Under the pieces are notes generated by a model. The model made no database searches and was not told where the DNA came from. It saw only the letters and a list, made by a program, of their open reading frames with translations. From the IMG/VR virus record IMGVR_UViG_3300046779_000230, positions 1 through 23,561 of that record: a DNA stretch of 23,561 nucleotides; one strand, given 5' to 3'. The DNA is from a virus. Taxonomy: Duplodnaviria > Heunggongvirae > Uroviricota > Caudoviricetes. Of this stretch, positions 23,304-23,561 are shown in pieces; position 1 is the first letter of the stretch; the number at the start of each line of letters is the position of its first letter. A program made the translations under genes and the position numbers.

Positions 23304-23561
23304 TTGTTCTTGCACCAGACTTAGATCCAGCTGGACGTCCACGACCACGCTTTTCTGTCTTCTCGTGTTTTTCGCTTTCACCACTTTCATCATCTGAGTC
23401 ATTATATCTTGCTGTGGCTCTTACGCCAGTTCCAGTGTCAACGATATCATGGCGAGAACCACGCCCTGTAACACGTTTTGGAAACTTCTTTTCATACTCT
23501 GGAGTACCTGGCCATGCTTCTTCTAGGCTTTGCATAAAGTCAGAGAATGATAATTTTTCTT
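23296..23561 (-). CDS. C-terminal part of a basic, probably head-internal protein (partial, runs off right edge)
   Basis: Frame is open to the window end (EKLSFSDFMQSLEEAW...); RGRGRP AT-hook-like motif near the C-terminus. Confidence 0.6.
   Translation of the reverse strand, partial: EKLSFSDFMQSLEEAWPGTPEYEKKFPKRVTGRGSRHDIVDTGTGVRATARYNDSDDESGESEKHEKTEKRGRGRPAGSKSGARTNK

Noticed and set aside
1-23561. tRNA, rRNA or other structured ncRNA genes
   Set aside because: Intergenic gaps are all short and accounted for by promoters or terminators; no T-loop or cloverleaf noticed by eye. A tRNAscan-SE/Infernal run would be definitive.

Overview
A 23.6-kb segment of a T4-like (Tevenvirinae/Kyanoviridae-style) myophage genome. 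All credible genes are on the minus strand. The Bug/TctC gene suggests a Burkholderiales or other betaproteobacterial host (inference). Read right to left, the window holds: late/virion ORFs; an i-spanin/o-spanin pair and an XhlA-like membrane protein; gp61 primase; thyX; nrdA and nrdB split by a 2OG-Fe(II) oxygenase; a Zn-ribbon ORF; a late-controlled GIY-YIG nuclease; a coupled module of exported Cys-rich proteins, DUF4337 and a 3TM holin; an early block (MazG-like, CX5R phosphatase, WYL_2/SH3, DsbA, 2OG oxygenase, RNase H); and an operon with a leaderless first gene, running GIY-YIG, dUTPase-fold-like protein, dCMP deaminase, divergent TctC, membrane protein, small ORF, asparagine-synthetase-like PP-loop ligase. 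The last gene is missing from the ORF track and runs off the left edge. Most notable are the TctC/AsnB-like operon, the exported disulfide-rich three-gene module, and two promoter-in-hairpin translational switches of opposite polarity. Family names come from motif recognition and recall, not database searches. No tRNA, rRNA or CRISPR array was seen.
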